Below, in pieces: positions 1-8,624 of a DNA stretch of 64,000 bases (positions are counted from its first letter, which is position 1; each line of letters opens with the position of its first letter). Source of the DNA: a virus. A model generated the notes under the pieces. It did not search any database. It was given only the letters and a program-made list of their open reading frames with translations, and was not told the origin of the DNA. The position numbers and the translations under genes were made by a program. Where the stretch lies: positions 45,014 to 109,013 of IMG/VR virus record IMGVR_UViG_3300027833_001604; one strand, 5' to 3'.

Positions 1-551
1 ACCGTAAAGTATATGGAGTTGCACAATCAATACTAAGCCCAGGTAGAGCAATACCAGGTTGGGATGGTGTAGGATTAGCAGTTGGCTCCAGACAAGCAAA
101 ACGTAGCATGGATTATATTCTATCTGATGCATACGCAGAAAAAGGTTATGTTCCATATTCAGACTTATTGTTTAATACAAAAAACTTTGAAATAAAAAGT
201 GTTATCGACACTAAACGCGAAGATAGACACATGTCATACTTTAATATACTAGAACCTGATCTAGATGTAAAAGCACCAACTATGGAAGTTGAACCAGTAA
301 AACTAAATGCAGGACAGATTGCCGGAATGCAAGAAGGTGATATCATACTAGAGTTAAACGGTAAAAGTGTTTATACAGCATTTAAAATATTCATCGAAAC
401 TATGTATGCAATACCAGGCGACACAGCAACGATTAAAGTATTACGTGGCGAAGAAGAATTAGAGTTTACTTTAGTTTACCAAGAAATAGACTTTCAAAAA
501 CTAAAAAAATCTATCGAAGACCGTAATAAGTTGCAAAGAGGCGGCAAATAA
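1..551 (+). CDS. HtrA/DegP-like serine protease with PDZ domain, 5'-truncated by window edge
   Basis: Frame is open from position 3 (KVYGVAQSILSPG...GWDGVGLAV, like the end of the HtrA protease domain), followed by PDZ-like AGMQEGDIILELNG...VLRG. Confidence 0.75.
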   Translation, partial: RKVYGVAQSILSPGRAIPGWDGVGLAVGSRQAKRSMDYILSDAYAEKGYVPYSDLLFNTKNFEIKSVIDTKREDRHMSYFNILEPDLDVKAPTMEVEPVKLNAGQIAGMQEGDIILELNGKSVYTAFKIFIETMYAIPGDTATIKVLRGEEELEFTLVYQEIDFQKLKKSIEDRNKLQRGGK

Positions 552-555
552 TAGG

Positions 556-584
556 TTGACATAACCAAGAGTTCTTGTTATAAT
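556..584 (+). promoter_or_regulatory. sigma70-type promoter with AAGA-N2-TCTT spacer palindrome
   Basis: TTGACA-17bp-TATAAT; AAGAGTTCTT at 567-576. Confidence 0.85.
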
Positions 585-606
585 ATAGTTTATATACAAT
601 ATAACT

Positions 607-2010
607 ATGGAGAACAAGATGAAATACCTATCGCTATTGCTAGTGTTCATGACATCAGCATGCGTTGTAGCTGAAACAACCCCTCAGTTACGACCAGCTT
701 CTTTTCAAACTACACAAAATACACTGCCGCTGATGCAATCATCAGGTGCAATTGACCATTCTTATTACGCAAAATCAGATTTTGTAAATTTAACAATTCC
801 TGAAGACTTTCAATTTGTTAACACAGTAAAACTTAAATATTTACTATCAACTGGTAAATGGCGAGATTATGCATTATTCAGTCACCAAGTAAGAAAGTTT
901 AAAACTAGTTACAACTGTAAGGCTAGATTAAAAGATTTTGGTATTACATCTCAGACTAAAATGGTTGAGACTAGAAAAGAAGATTATGCAGATGCTGCCA
1001 AAGCCGGATTTCGAAAGATAATAATATGTGCTGAAGACGTGGGTGGATTGATTCATTTAGATTATCCATGGATAACCGAACAAATGGCAGAGATTATCTT
1101 ATATCATGCAACAGAACGTAATGTTATTGAAGATGGCGTAACACATATGCCTAGTCAAGTGCAATATGCAAAGTATATGGTAATGGCACAGGACGCTGAG
1201 TTCTACGCTTATTTCAAGGATTTGATGCCTTTAACCCCACCAGAACATGCGACTATTACTGCATACTTTGATGAAATATTCATGGGTAATATATTCCATC
1301 CACAACAACGCAGACAACAGTGTAATGTAAACTATCCAAGCCTAATTGCATCAACTGGTGAACATGGACAACACGGTTGCGGCACCAATGGAACAGCCAT
1401 GCTTCAGGCCTCATTAGCGTATGCATTGTCTACAAATAACAATAAACTATTTGAACGTGCAAAAGCAAACTTAACATATTGGTTAGGCACATTTGACAAT
1501 GACGGAATACATGTATTACAAGCATCACGTGGAGCGGCATTAGGATATCATAAAGATATTAGTATTCGTTTAGGGTCTATAACTGAAGTTATGCAAACAA
1601 TAGATTATGATTTCTTAGAACACACAATGCCACGTAGTGGAATTAAAGTTCATGAAGTATTAGATACACATTTCGAAATTCTAAACAATCATAAACTAGT
1701 TGGAAAGTATGCAAAATATAATAATGGAGTATGGGATAAATGGTCGTCAATTTCAAACTTATCAACTGAAGCGGCAAACCGTAAAATCAGTGGATTTGGT
1801 TGGTGGCATATTGCAAACGCTAATAGACGTTATGTAATAAACTACAGAAAACAACCCACTATGATGCGAGGTAAACTTATAGATTGGCAAGAATGGATTA
1901 AGAAAGATCTAAATACAGGACCACAAGATAGATGGGATGCAGCAGGTGAATTTTGGAAACATGCACTAATACCTGCTCAATATATGTATGAAATTAACGA
2001 ATCTAGGTAG
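607..2010 (+). CDS. secreted/lipoprotein with alginate-lyase-like (alpha/alpha toroid) domain
   Basis: N-terminal signal peptide (LLLVFMTSAC); ASRGAALGYH resembles the E..RG..AL.YH motif of PL5-type lyases. Confidence 0.45.
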   Translation: MENKMKYLSLLLVFMTSACVVAETTPQLRPASFQTTQNTLPLMQSSGAIDHSYYAKSDFVNLTIPEDFQFVNTVKLKYLLSTGKWRDYALFSHQVRKFKTSYNCKARLKDFGITSQTKMVETRKEDYADAAKAGFRKIIICAEDVGGLIHLDYPWITEQMAEIILYHATERNVIEDGVTHMPSQVQYAKYMVMAQDAEFYAYFKDLMPLTPPEHATITAYFDEIFMGNIFHPQQRRQQCNVNYPSLIASTGEHGQHGCGTNGTAMLQASLAYALSTNNNKLFERAKANLTYWLGTFDNDGIHVLQASRGAALGYHKDISIRLGSITEVMQTIDYDFLEHTMPRSGIKVHEVLDTHFEILNNHKLVGKYAKYNNGVWDKWSSISNLSTEAANRKISGFGWWHIANANRRYVINYRKQPTMMRGKLIDWQEWIKKDLNTGPQDRWDAAGEFWKHALIPAQYMYEINESR

Positions 2011-2021
2011 TTAACATACAC

Positions 2022-2068
2022 TATATAGTGCCATTAAACGCTAACTAATTGGTGATTGGCACTATATA
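2022..2068. repeat. 12-bp inverted repeat (possible terminator or operator)
   Basis: TATATAGTGCCA (2022-2033) / TGGCACTATATA (2057-2068). Confidence 0.6.
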
Positions 2069-2079
2069 TTGTTAAAAGG

Positions 2080-2108
2080 TTGACAATATCAACTAAATAT
2101 CTTATAAT
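2080..2108 (+). promoter_or_regulatory. sigma70-type promoter
   Basis: TTGACA-17bp-TATAAT. Confidence 0.85.
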
Positions 2109-2131
2109 AGTGTAGTAATAAAAAAATTAAG

Positions 2132-2199
2132 GTTAGTGAAAGGGATGGGATCAGTTGTGACCGCTGAAGCTCACACTAACATAACAAAATCGGTCACGA
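2132..2199 (+). ncRNA. candidate cis-regulatory pseudoknotted 5' leader RNA
   Basis: GTTAGTG/CACTAAC outer stem, TGGG/CTCA and TCAG/CTGA inner stems; loop GTGACCG is complementary to CGGTCAC at 2191-2197, just before the AGGAG RBS. Confidence 0.5.
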
Positions 2200-2218
2200 A
2201 AACGTAGGAGAAATAACT

Positions 2219-2440
2219 ATGTTAGATAAAATCAAAGGTGTAGTAGCTGGCGGTGTTGATATTGGTGTAATGCTAATTGGACTTGCTATCGTGCTACAAA
2301 TAGTATTTGGTGGATCTGTGCCTTTCTTAGGTGGAGATGTTATCGGAACTGTTATTGGAATAGTTGGACAACTTGGTTCAGCTGGACTAACTGGTCTTAT
2401 TGCCGCAGCAGTTTTGTGGAAACTATTTGATCGTGACTAA
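2219..2440 (+). CDS. small Gly-rich membrane protein
   Basis: 73 aa, hydrophobic helices, AGGAG RBS. Confidence 0.85.
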   Translation: MLDKIKGVVAGGVDIGVMLIGLAIVLQIVFGGSVPFLGGDVIGTVIGIVGQLGSAGLTGLIAAAVLWKLFDRD

Positions 2441-2467
2441 GATATATTACTAGTAATATATTTACTT

Positions 2468-2499
2468 AAAACCCATGTATTTTTTACATGGGTTTTTTT
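2468..2499 (+). terminator. intrinsic terminator
   Basis: AAAACCCATGTA-loop-TACATGGGTTTT followed by T tract. Confidence 0.85.
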
Positions 2500-2580
2500 A
2501 TGACTAATGTAAATAAAGGTAGACCTTAGTATGTAATAAATGTTATAATAGCTACATACATTAAAACGAAGAGAAAGATT

Positions 2581-2832
2581 ATGATTAAATATAAAATTGC
2601 AGTATTAGAGCGTATGATCGAGCATTACACAAAGAACATTGAGATGTTTTCAACCCTTCCCCCAACTAATACAGTGCTTGACAGTATGGCAGAAATGGTT
2701 GCTGCTCGCAGAGTAGTAGCAAGTTTTATTGAAAACGATGGTGTGCCTACAATTCCGCCAGGTTGGCACAATGGTAATGTTCACTTTGATGGTATGGTAA
2801 ATGCCGCTGCAAGTGGAGTAGAAATATTTTAA
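2581..2832 (+). CDS. hypothetical protein
   Basis: ORF with GAGA RBS, preceded by extended -10 TGTTATAAT (2541-2549). Confidence 0.7.
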   Translation: MIKYKIAVLERMIEHYTKNIEMFSTLPPTNTVLDSMAEMVAARRVVASFIENDGVPTIPPGWHNGNVHFDGMVNAAASGVEIF

Positions 2833-2850
2833 AAAAGATGCATTATTCGG

Positions 2851-2879
2851 TTGACAACCAAGACATCTTACTGTATACT
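2851..2879 (+). promoter_or_regulatory. sigma70-type promoter with AAGACATCTT palindrome
   Basis: TTGACA-17bp-TATACT. Confidence 0.85.
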
Positions 2880-2913
2880 GTATGTATAAGTTAATAAAAA
2901 GTAGGAGTAATAC

Positions 2914-3117
2914 ATGAATATAAAATTTAATGATGTAACAAACATAGAACTAGGTGGCGTTGATATGAACGACTATCCAGATTTTTGTGATGCATATGTA
3001 GAAAGTGCAGAAAAGTTAGATGGAACACCACTAACTGATGTTGAACTAGAAGCGTTTAGCGAACTAGACGAAACAGCATCTTATATTAATGAGAATGCAT
3101 ACGAAAGTTTATTTTAA
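2914..3117 (+). CDS. hypothetical acidic phage protein
   Basis: AGGAG RBS; DYPDFCDAY motif. Confidence 0.75.
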   Translation: MNIKFNDVTNIELGGVDMNDYPDFCDAYVESAEKLDGTPLTDVELEAFSELDETASYINENAYESLF

Positions 3118-3130
3118 AAAGGACTACATT

Positions 3131-3310
3131 ATGAAAACATTTACATTTGAAAATCATTTAGGTGAAACGTTTACTGCAAAAGCAGAAAAAGGTTTAGACG
3201 TAATGGAAGATGCAAACAAGGCTATATTGTGGCCTACTTGGAAAGACGGAATGTGGCAACAAGTAAGCGATACAAAATTTGTTTGGGTTTTAGGTAACTT
3301 TTTTAATTAA
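3131..3310 (+). CDS. hypothetical protein (start reassigned to MKTFTF)
   Basis: AAGGA RBS before ATG at 3131. Confidence 0.7.
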   Translation: MKTFTFENHLGETFTAKAEKGLDVMEDANKAILWPTWKDGMWQQVSDTKFVWVLGNFFN

Positions 3311-3315
3311 AAAGG

Positions 3316-3344
3316 TTGACAAGTAAGACATCTTGCCGTATAAT
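3316..3344 (+). promoter_or_regulatory. sigma70-type promoter with AAGACATCTT palindrome
   Basis: TTGACA-17bp-TATAAT; identical to the minus-strand promoter at 34300-34328. Confidence 0.9.
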
Positions 3345-3384
3345 ATAAGTATAAACACTAAAAAATTAACTACTGGAGAATAAT

Positions 3385-3732
3385 ATGAATTTAGAATATG
3401 ATGTAAATGAACTTAAAACAATTGTTGCTCAAGCTAAGAAGGCAGCATATGAGGCCGCTAGTGATTACTTTATGGAAAAACTAGATGGTAAAGACAATTA
3501 TCCTTGTGGATTTGCATGGGTTAAGATTCATGGTATTAAAGGTAATACTAAATTAGGTCGTGCTATGAAACAAGCTGGTATTGAACAAGACTATACTAAA
3601 GCATTTCAAATTTACAACCCTTCAGGTGTTAACGTGCAAAACGTTGATGTTAAAGAAGTTGGCGCAATGGCGGCAGCTAATGTTTTTGAATCGTTTGGTT
3701 TCAAAGCATATGCAGGAAGTAGGTTAGACTAA
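3385..3732 (+). CDS. phage hypothetical protein (CGFAWV motif)
   Basis: GGAG RBS; CGFAWV...AYAGSRLD pattern seen in myovirus hypotheticals. Confidence 0.8.
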   Translation: MNLEYDVNELKTIVAQAKKAAYEAASDYFMEKLDGKDNYPCGFAWVKIHGIKGNTKLGRAMKQAGIEQDYTKAFQIYNPSGVNVQNVDVKEVGAMAAANVFESFGFKAYAGSRLD

Positions 3733-3899
3733 TGGTAGATGTTTTAAAAGATATCGAAGTGCTAGAATCTGCACTTATTAATATCCAAGAAGGTGCAAGC
3801 GATGAAGTATACGCTGCACTATGGAGCTTGGAAAAGCTCTTACTAGAAAAGAAAGACATGGTTGCTGCGTTTGAAGATGACATGGCACCAAAGTTATAA
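3732..3899 (+). CDS. hypothetical 55-aa protein (below ORF-track cutoff)
   Basis: TAATG coupling to the upstream gene; MVDVLKDIEVLESAL...MAPKL. Confidence 0.65.
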   Translation: MVDVLKDIEVLESALINIQEGASDEVYAALWSLEKLLLEKKDMVAAFEDDMAPKL

Positions 3900-3902
3900 A
3901 TA
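3895..3902 (+). promoter_or_regulatory. T4-late-like promoter
   Basis: TATAAATA upstream of the GGAGG RBS of the nuclease gene. Confidence 0.55.
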
Positions 3903-3924
3903 CTCTAACGGGAGGTTAGACTAC

Positions 3925-4392
3925 ATGAGAAATAATGAAAACGTTGGCAGAGGATTAATTGTTATAGCAATTTTACTTGTTGGCTTTATAATTGCAAATC
4001 CAATATTTGCTAAAGACGTAGATATGGAAGTCTATGACTTTCCTATTACACGAATTATCGACGGCGACACAGTTGCCTTTGAAGCAGAATTTTTACCAGA
4101 TCCACTTAAAAAAGAATTAAGCATTCGTGTATACGGTGTTGATACTCCAGAAAAAAGTTGGAGAGGTGAATGCGACAGTGAAAAAGAACTAGGAGAAAAA
4201 GCTAGTAAGTTCACTAAAAAACTAATCGATGAAGCAGTTGACGTTCAGGTTGCAATTTACAAATGGGATAAGTTTGGCGGGCGTGTATTGGGTGATATAA
4301 TTATTGATGGGAAGAGTTTGAGATATGCTCTTATCGAAAAAGGTTATGCACGTGAATATTACGGTGATAAAAAGGAGAGCTGGTGTGAATAA
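3925..4392 (+). CDS. thermonuclease (SNase-like) with N-terminal membrane anchor
   Basis: RIIDGDT, IRVYGVDTPE, DKFGGRVLG, GYAREY motifs; GGAGG RBS. Confidence 0.9.
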   Translation: MRNNENVGRGLIVIAILLVGFIIANPIFAKDVDMEVYDFPITRIIDGDTVAFEAEFLPDPLKKELSIRVYGVDTPEKSWRGECDSEKELGEKASKFTKKLIDEAVDVQVAIYKWDKFGGRVLGDIIIDGKSLRYALIEKGYAREYYGDKKESWCE

Positions 4393-4438
4393 CGCTAGTT
4401 AATGGTAGGCAGAGAAACGCCTTAACTGGCGTTTTTTT
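4391..4438. terminator. terminator between convergent transcription units
   Basis: AACGCTAGTTAA...TTAACTGGCGTT stem followed by T tract. Confidence 0.7.
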
Positions 4439-4442
4439 GTGA

Positions 4443-4799
4443 CTAATTATTGCTACAGTTGTTAACACATACCTTAGGCGGCATGTCACTTTTCCAACCT
4501 TCGTAGTAAACATGAGTTTGAAATATTTCATGTGCAATGATTTCTTCAAGGCTATGATGTTCTAAATTATTCCAATTTGGATCATTTTCCATTAGTGTCA
4601 TTATGCGTGTATCTTCTTTTAAGTCTTTGGTATCTTTTTCTACAAGTTGACCACTACCATCTTTTTTGTATACATTTCGCATATCCCATGCATTACTAAA
4701 GAAGCAACAAGGCCACACTATGCCTTCGGGTGTTACTTCCCAACGTCTTACATCATTGTGATAATCAATTGCTTTACATTTAATATCACACTTAGGCAT
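4443..4799 (-). CDS. stand-alone SPASM/twitch Fe-S domain protein
   Basis: C...EVTPEGIVWPCC...CVNNC; resembles the C-terminus of 20173-21237. Confidence 0.75.
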   Translation of the reverse strand: MPKCDIKCKAIDYHNDVRRWEVTPEGIVWPCCFFSNAWDMRNVYKKDGSGQLVEKDTKDLKEDTRIMTLMENDPNWNNLEHHSLEEIIAHEIFQTHVYYEGWKSDMPPKVCVNNCSNN

Positions 4800-5445
4800 A
4801 ATTGTAACCTATATTAATCTCATTGTCGGCACATAGTTTATCACATGCTTGCATATTTGTATCTGTAATTAATCCATAAGAACGATCATTGTAACGGAAT
4901 ATAATATTAACATTCATGTCATCTGCTAGTTGTTTAGCTAATGTAACCTGTTGCCAATTCCAATCAAATATTAGATATAACCAATTAGTATTGCCACCGT
5001 TACTAGAAAATGCTTTCATATTATCAATTGCTCGGTCAAAGTCAACGCCTTCTCTATACAACCAGTTAACATCATGTGTGGCGCCATCTATTGCAAAGTC
5101 TATCTTTAATCTTTGCTTATACTTTTGTGCAATTGTTTCATACCAATCTGGTGTGCGTAGTCCACCGTTTGTTGATATACTAACCATTGGAGCATAATCC
5201 AATGCAGTTTGTATAAAGGTATCAACTTGTGGATGCATCATAGGATCGCCAAACTCTCCACAAAATTCAATGTCGTCAAGTTCTACAGTTTTAAGATTTG
5301 ATAGTCTGCGTTTAAATACTTCTAGGTCCATGTGCTTTAATTTGACCCATTCATTCTTTTCGCCAGTTTCTTCATTGGTTCTAGCACAACTACGACATTT
5401 GGCTTGACAATAAGTTGTAAGTGCAAAGTCAAAAGAATGTTTCAT
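4792..5445 (-). CDS. radical SAM protein (core domain only)
   Basis: CQAKCRSC, GEFGDP, STNG, FAIDG. Confidence 0.9.
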   Translation of the reverse strand: MKHSFDFALTTYCQAKCRSCARTNEETGEKNEWVKLKHMDLEVFKRRLSNLKTVELDDIEFCGEFGDPMMHPQVDTFIQTALDYAPMVSISTNGGLRTPDWYETIAQKYKQRLKIDFAIDGATHDVNWLYREGVDFDRAIDNMKAFSSNGGNTNWLYLIFDWNWQQVTLAKQLADDMNVNIIFRYNDRSYGLITDTNMQACDKLCADNEINIGYNYA

Positions 5446-6077
5446 CTCTCTCGTAACCGCTCTTGTATAAATCTAATGCTATCGTCTGTTACTTGTGCAT
5501 TAACTACTAACCAAATGCTATCGTGTGATGTGCTGCAATTAAATAATGTGTGTTGCTTTGTTGTATTGACTACATAACACTCGCCATAATCAAAGTGAAG
5601 TGTGTTATTTTCTAACATGAATCTACAATGAGGTGCGTTACAATTTTCTAATGCCCATATAAGTCTAAAACTAGTTTGCTCACCCCATACATGATCTCTA
5701 TGTGGTGGAAAGTATCCACCTGGTGGTAGTCTTAGGAAGTGTGATCTAACACTCCAGTCTAACATAGGTCCTACTACTCGTTGTAACTCAGAGCTGGTAT
5801 GATATAATTCTGTAGGAACATTAAAATCTTCTTCTTGGAAGTTTGTTCCATACTCTCTATTCCATTCACCTAAACTATCTAGTGCTGGTCCTGGGCCACA
5901 CTTACCACTTTCATTAATAATACACAAGCCGTGACGTTTAATCCAATCTTTGCGTGGATTATACTTTGCCCACTTGTCATCATGCACTGAGACTTCGCCA
6001 AGCAATTTGTCTATATCAAATTCGGCGCCAATCTGATAAAAGTCACCGAACTGCGTAATTTTTGAAATATCATTCAA
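5442..6077 (-). CDS. AspH/LpxO-like 2OG-Fe(II) oxygenase
   Basis: LPPGGYFPPHRD (HxD) ... NTTKQH distal His. Confidence 0.75.
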   Translation of the reverse strand: MNDISKITQFGDFYQIGAEFDIDKLLGEVSVHDDKWAKYNPRKDWIKRHGLCIINESGKCGPGPALDSLGEWNREYGTNFQEEDFNVPTELYHTSSELQRVVGPMLDWSVRSHFLRLPPGGYFPPHRDHVWGEQTSFRLIWALENCNAPHCRFMLENNTLHFDYGECYVVNTTKQHTLFNCSTSHDSIWLVVNAQVTDDSIRFIQERLRER

Positions 6078-6086
6078 TTTGATTTC

Positions 6087-6923
6087 CTACTCGTCGTGTG
6101 TGTTGACATAGTTCTGTTTGAACGATGTCTGCGGATTCTCTCCGCCATTTACACGGTTGTTTAGATGTTTTACATATTGGACCATGTTATGATCGGAAAA
6201 TGAATCTAATTTACCTTTAAACAATCCTCTAATAATACCACGCCACACATCTTTGACTCGTTGCCATCCTGTTAAGTTTCTAAGGTTACCATAGTGATTA
6301 AAGTATTGGCATTGTCCATGATGAACATAACCAAATATTATAAATGGAACTCTAGCTACTATGTCTGCGTTGTTAAGCCAACGATAATGTGTAAAAGGAA
6401 AATTGTCAAGGTAAGTTCTCCAACCTACTCTTGGTGATCCAAATGTATGTAATTCTTTAGGATTATATAATGCACTGTCGCCTCTGCAACGACTTGCTAC
6501 TATAGTTGACATAGCTGCACCAAGTGAATGTCCACATAACCAAATGTGACGTTTTGCTTGTTCTCTAACTAGGTCTTCTTTGATTAAATCCCATAGTTTG
6601 TCTACTTCACCTTTAAACCCACCATGCACTCTGCCCACTGTTTCTGCAACAACTGGAAATGCTCTGGCGTCTGCTTTAATATCATTGTATTGTGTTGGCT
6701 GTGTGCCTCTGCATGCAATCACTAAATCATGTTTATTCATAAAGCGATATGCTTCTGCACCATCTATGTTATAAAACTCAACAGTAGTGAATCCTAATTT
6801 CCTTGCTAGTTTTTTAACCTCACTTGCTTCATAATAAGCAATTTGGGCCAGTTCTGCAAATAATAAGGCTCGTTCATTACCTGATAGTAATTCTATTTTA
6901 GTTTTTAGTTTTGTGCTAAACAT
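6087..6923 (-). CDS. class 3 lipase
   Basis: IACRGT, VHGGF, GHSLG, TFGSPRVG, DIVARVP, DH. Confidence 0.92.
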   Translation of the reverse strand: MFSTKLKTKIELLSGNERALLFAELAQIAYYEASEVKKLARKLGFTTVEFYNIDGAEAYRFMNKHDLVIACRGTQPTQYNDIKADARAFPVVAETVGRVHGGFKGEVDKLWDLIKEDLVREQAKRHIWLCGHSLGAAMSTIVASRCRGDSALYNPKELHTFGSPRVGWRTYLDNFPFTHYRWLNNADIVARVPFIIFGYVHHGQCQYFNHYGNLRNLTGWQRVKDVWRGIIRGLFKGKLDSFSDHNMVQYVKHLNNRVNGGENPQTSFKQNYVNTHDE

Positions 6924-6928
6924 AGTTG

Positions 6929-6936
6929 TATTTATA
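6929..6936 (-). promoter_or_regulatory. T4-late-like promoter
   Basis: TATAAATA on the minus strand, 5 nt before the lipase ATG. Confidence 0.55.
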
Positions 6937-8062
6937 CCTTACGTTTAGGTATCTTACTATCTGCACTTGAAACACATGCTTTTGTTGTGCATATTGTAGG
7001 TTTATCAAACAATTTAAACCCTGTTTCAATATTACCTAACGGTTGATCACCACAACTATAACTACGTTTTATACTTCCGTCTGGCTCACGTATGATAATA
7101 CCTTGGTATCCACTGTTACACATCCAGCCTTTGAAGTTATTAAACTCAAATGCATTAAAACGTTCCGCTTGGTCCATATACCATTTTTTGCCTTTAGAGT
7201 CTGTAAACTCTACTTGCATGTTCCACGGAACACTAGCATCGTTTCTACCAATAGTATACTCTGGCATTTCAAAACTTGGCTTAGGACGTTCAACTACTCT
7301 TGCTTCTGCAGCTTTTTGTTCTGTATAACTACGCTGTGGCATTCCATTGTGTAATTTCTTTTTCATCTCAGGTGTATAACCATCTACTACTCTACTTGCA
7401 GTTGGATCTGACTGAGGTTTTAGTGTAACGTTAATACCTTGTTTATGAAAGAACAATGCATTATCATAATATGTATCAAACAGCTCAGGCACCATAACCA
7501 TGTTAATAGTTATTTGCACATCATGTTCTTGACAAAGTATTAGTTTATCTGCAAGGTCTTGCATCTTCTCTGGTGTGTCAACATGCTCGATATGTAAACT
7601 ACATGTAATACTAGCTCTATGAAAATGCTTTACGTAATCAACATACGTTTCAAACCATTTCATTGGCCTACTACAATTGCTTGTCATATGCACACTTGTA
7701 TAGTTTGTGTTATGCACATCATCTGCTAGATGTTTTAACATATCTAAGTAACCAGGATGGAATGTAGGCTCGCCTCCACTTAAACTAAAATGGAAACTAT
7801 TGAATCCGTTTTGTCTTGCTTGGCGTTTTATCTCGTCTATTGTTTTTAAGTTAAGTTCAGTAGGACGATGGTCCTTGCGATCACTACGAGCATAAGGCCA
7901 GCAATAAGAACATCTGTAGTTACAGAATCTTCCTAGTAACCAACTAACTGTAAATAAATCACGATACAATAAAGTCCGTTGACCAACTTGAACTAAATCA
8001 TCAAATGGTATTTTTGTAAAATCATAATTTGACCACTTTAAGTCGTCTGTATCATTGCTCAT
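6932..8062 (-). CDS. radical SAM protein with C-terminal Cys-rich domain
   Basis: CNYRCSYC, SGGEP, C-terminal C...SC...CTTKAC. Confidence 0.92.
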   Translation of the reverse strand: MSNDTDDLKWSNYDFTKIPFDDLVQVGQRTLLYRDLFTVSWLLGRFCNYRCSYCWPYARSDRKDHRPTELNLKTIDEIKRQARQNGFNSFHFSLSGGEPTFHPGYLDMLKHLADDVHNTNYTSVHMTSNCSRPMKWFETYVDYVKHFHRASITCSLHIEHVDTPEKMQDLADKLILCQEHDVQITINMVMVPELFDTYYDNALFFHKQGINVTLKPQSDPTASRVVDGYTPEMKKKLHNGMPQRSYTEQKAAEARVVERPKPSFEMPEYTIGRNDASVPWNMQVEFTDSKGKKWYMDQAERFNAFEFNNFKGWMCNSGYQGIIIREPDGSIKRSYSCGDQPLGNIETGFKLFDKPTICTTKACVSSADSKIPKRKV

Positions 8063-8624
8063 CTTTGTTTCCTATTTGTAATGGATCCACGCTTAGTTCA
8101 TTAACTGATAAATGCTCTGGCATATTAATTACGTATTCAATTAAGTCTACGGCTTCGTCTAGTGTCATTGTTTTACGTCCTGGGTGCTTGTGTGCATTGT
8201 TCTCTAATGTGCCAAATGTAACATAACTTACCTTAGGACCACCTGACCAAATGCTTTTTAGACCCATTGCATTGCTTGTGCTACGTAGGGCCTTCTTTTC
8301 TTGTTGATAAAGCCAATCGCTACCCTTTGTAGCTCTGTCAGTTGTGGAGCCTAAATTAACTATATGTAGTCGTTTAAGGTGTCTTAAAGCGTCTTTATAG
8401 ACTACATCTAGCACCAGTGTTTGATTGAAGCGCCATAATGCACTAGAGTTAATAAAAACGTCAAAGTTAAGAGCCTTTTCTGCAAGCTTCTCTCTATAGC
8501 CATTTTCAGTTAAATCGTAGCCCCATGTAGTTCTACCAACAAATACTGTATCAGGCCATCTTTTGGCAATAGCACTTGCTAAACCTTTTTCTGGATTACC
8601 TGTGCATAGTATTGTTTTAGACAT
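8052..8624 (-). CDS. short-chain dehydrogenase/reductase-like protein (start reassigned to MSKTIL)
   Basis: TGNPEKGLA Rossmann motif, FINSS, IVNLGS, YQQEK (YxxxK). Confidence 0.8.
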   Translation of the reverse strand: MSKTILCTGNPEKGLASAIAKRWPDTVFVGRTTWGYDLTENGYREKLAEKALNFDVFINSSALWRFNQTLVLDVVYKDALRHLKRLHIVNLGSTTDRATKGSDWLYQQEKKALRSTSNAMGLKSIWSGGPKVSYVTFGTLENNAHKHPGRKTMTLDEAVDLIEYVINMPEHLSVNELSVDPLQIGNKDEQ

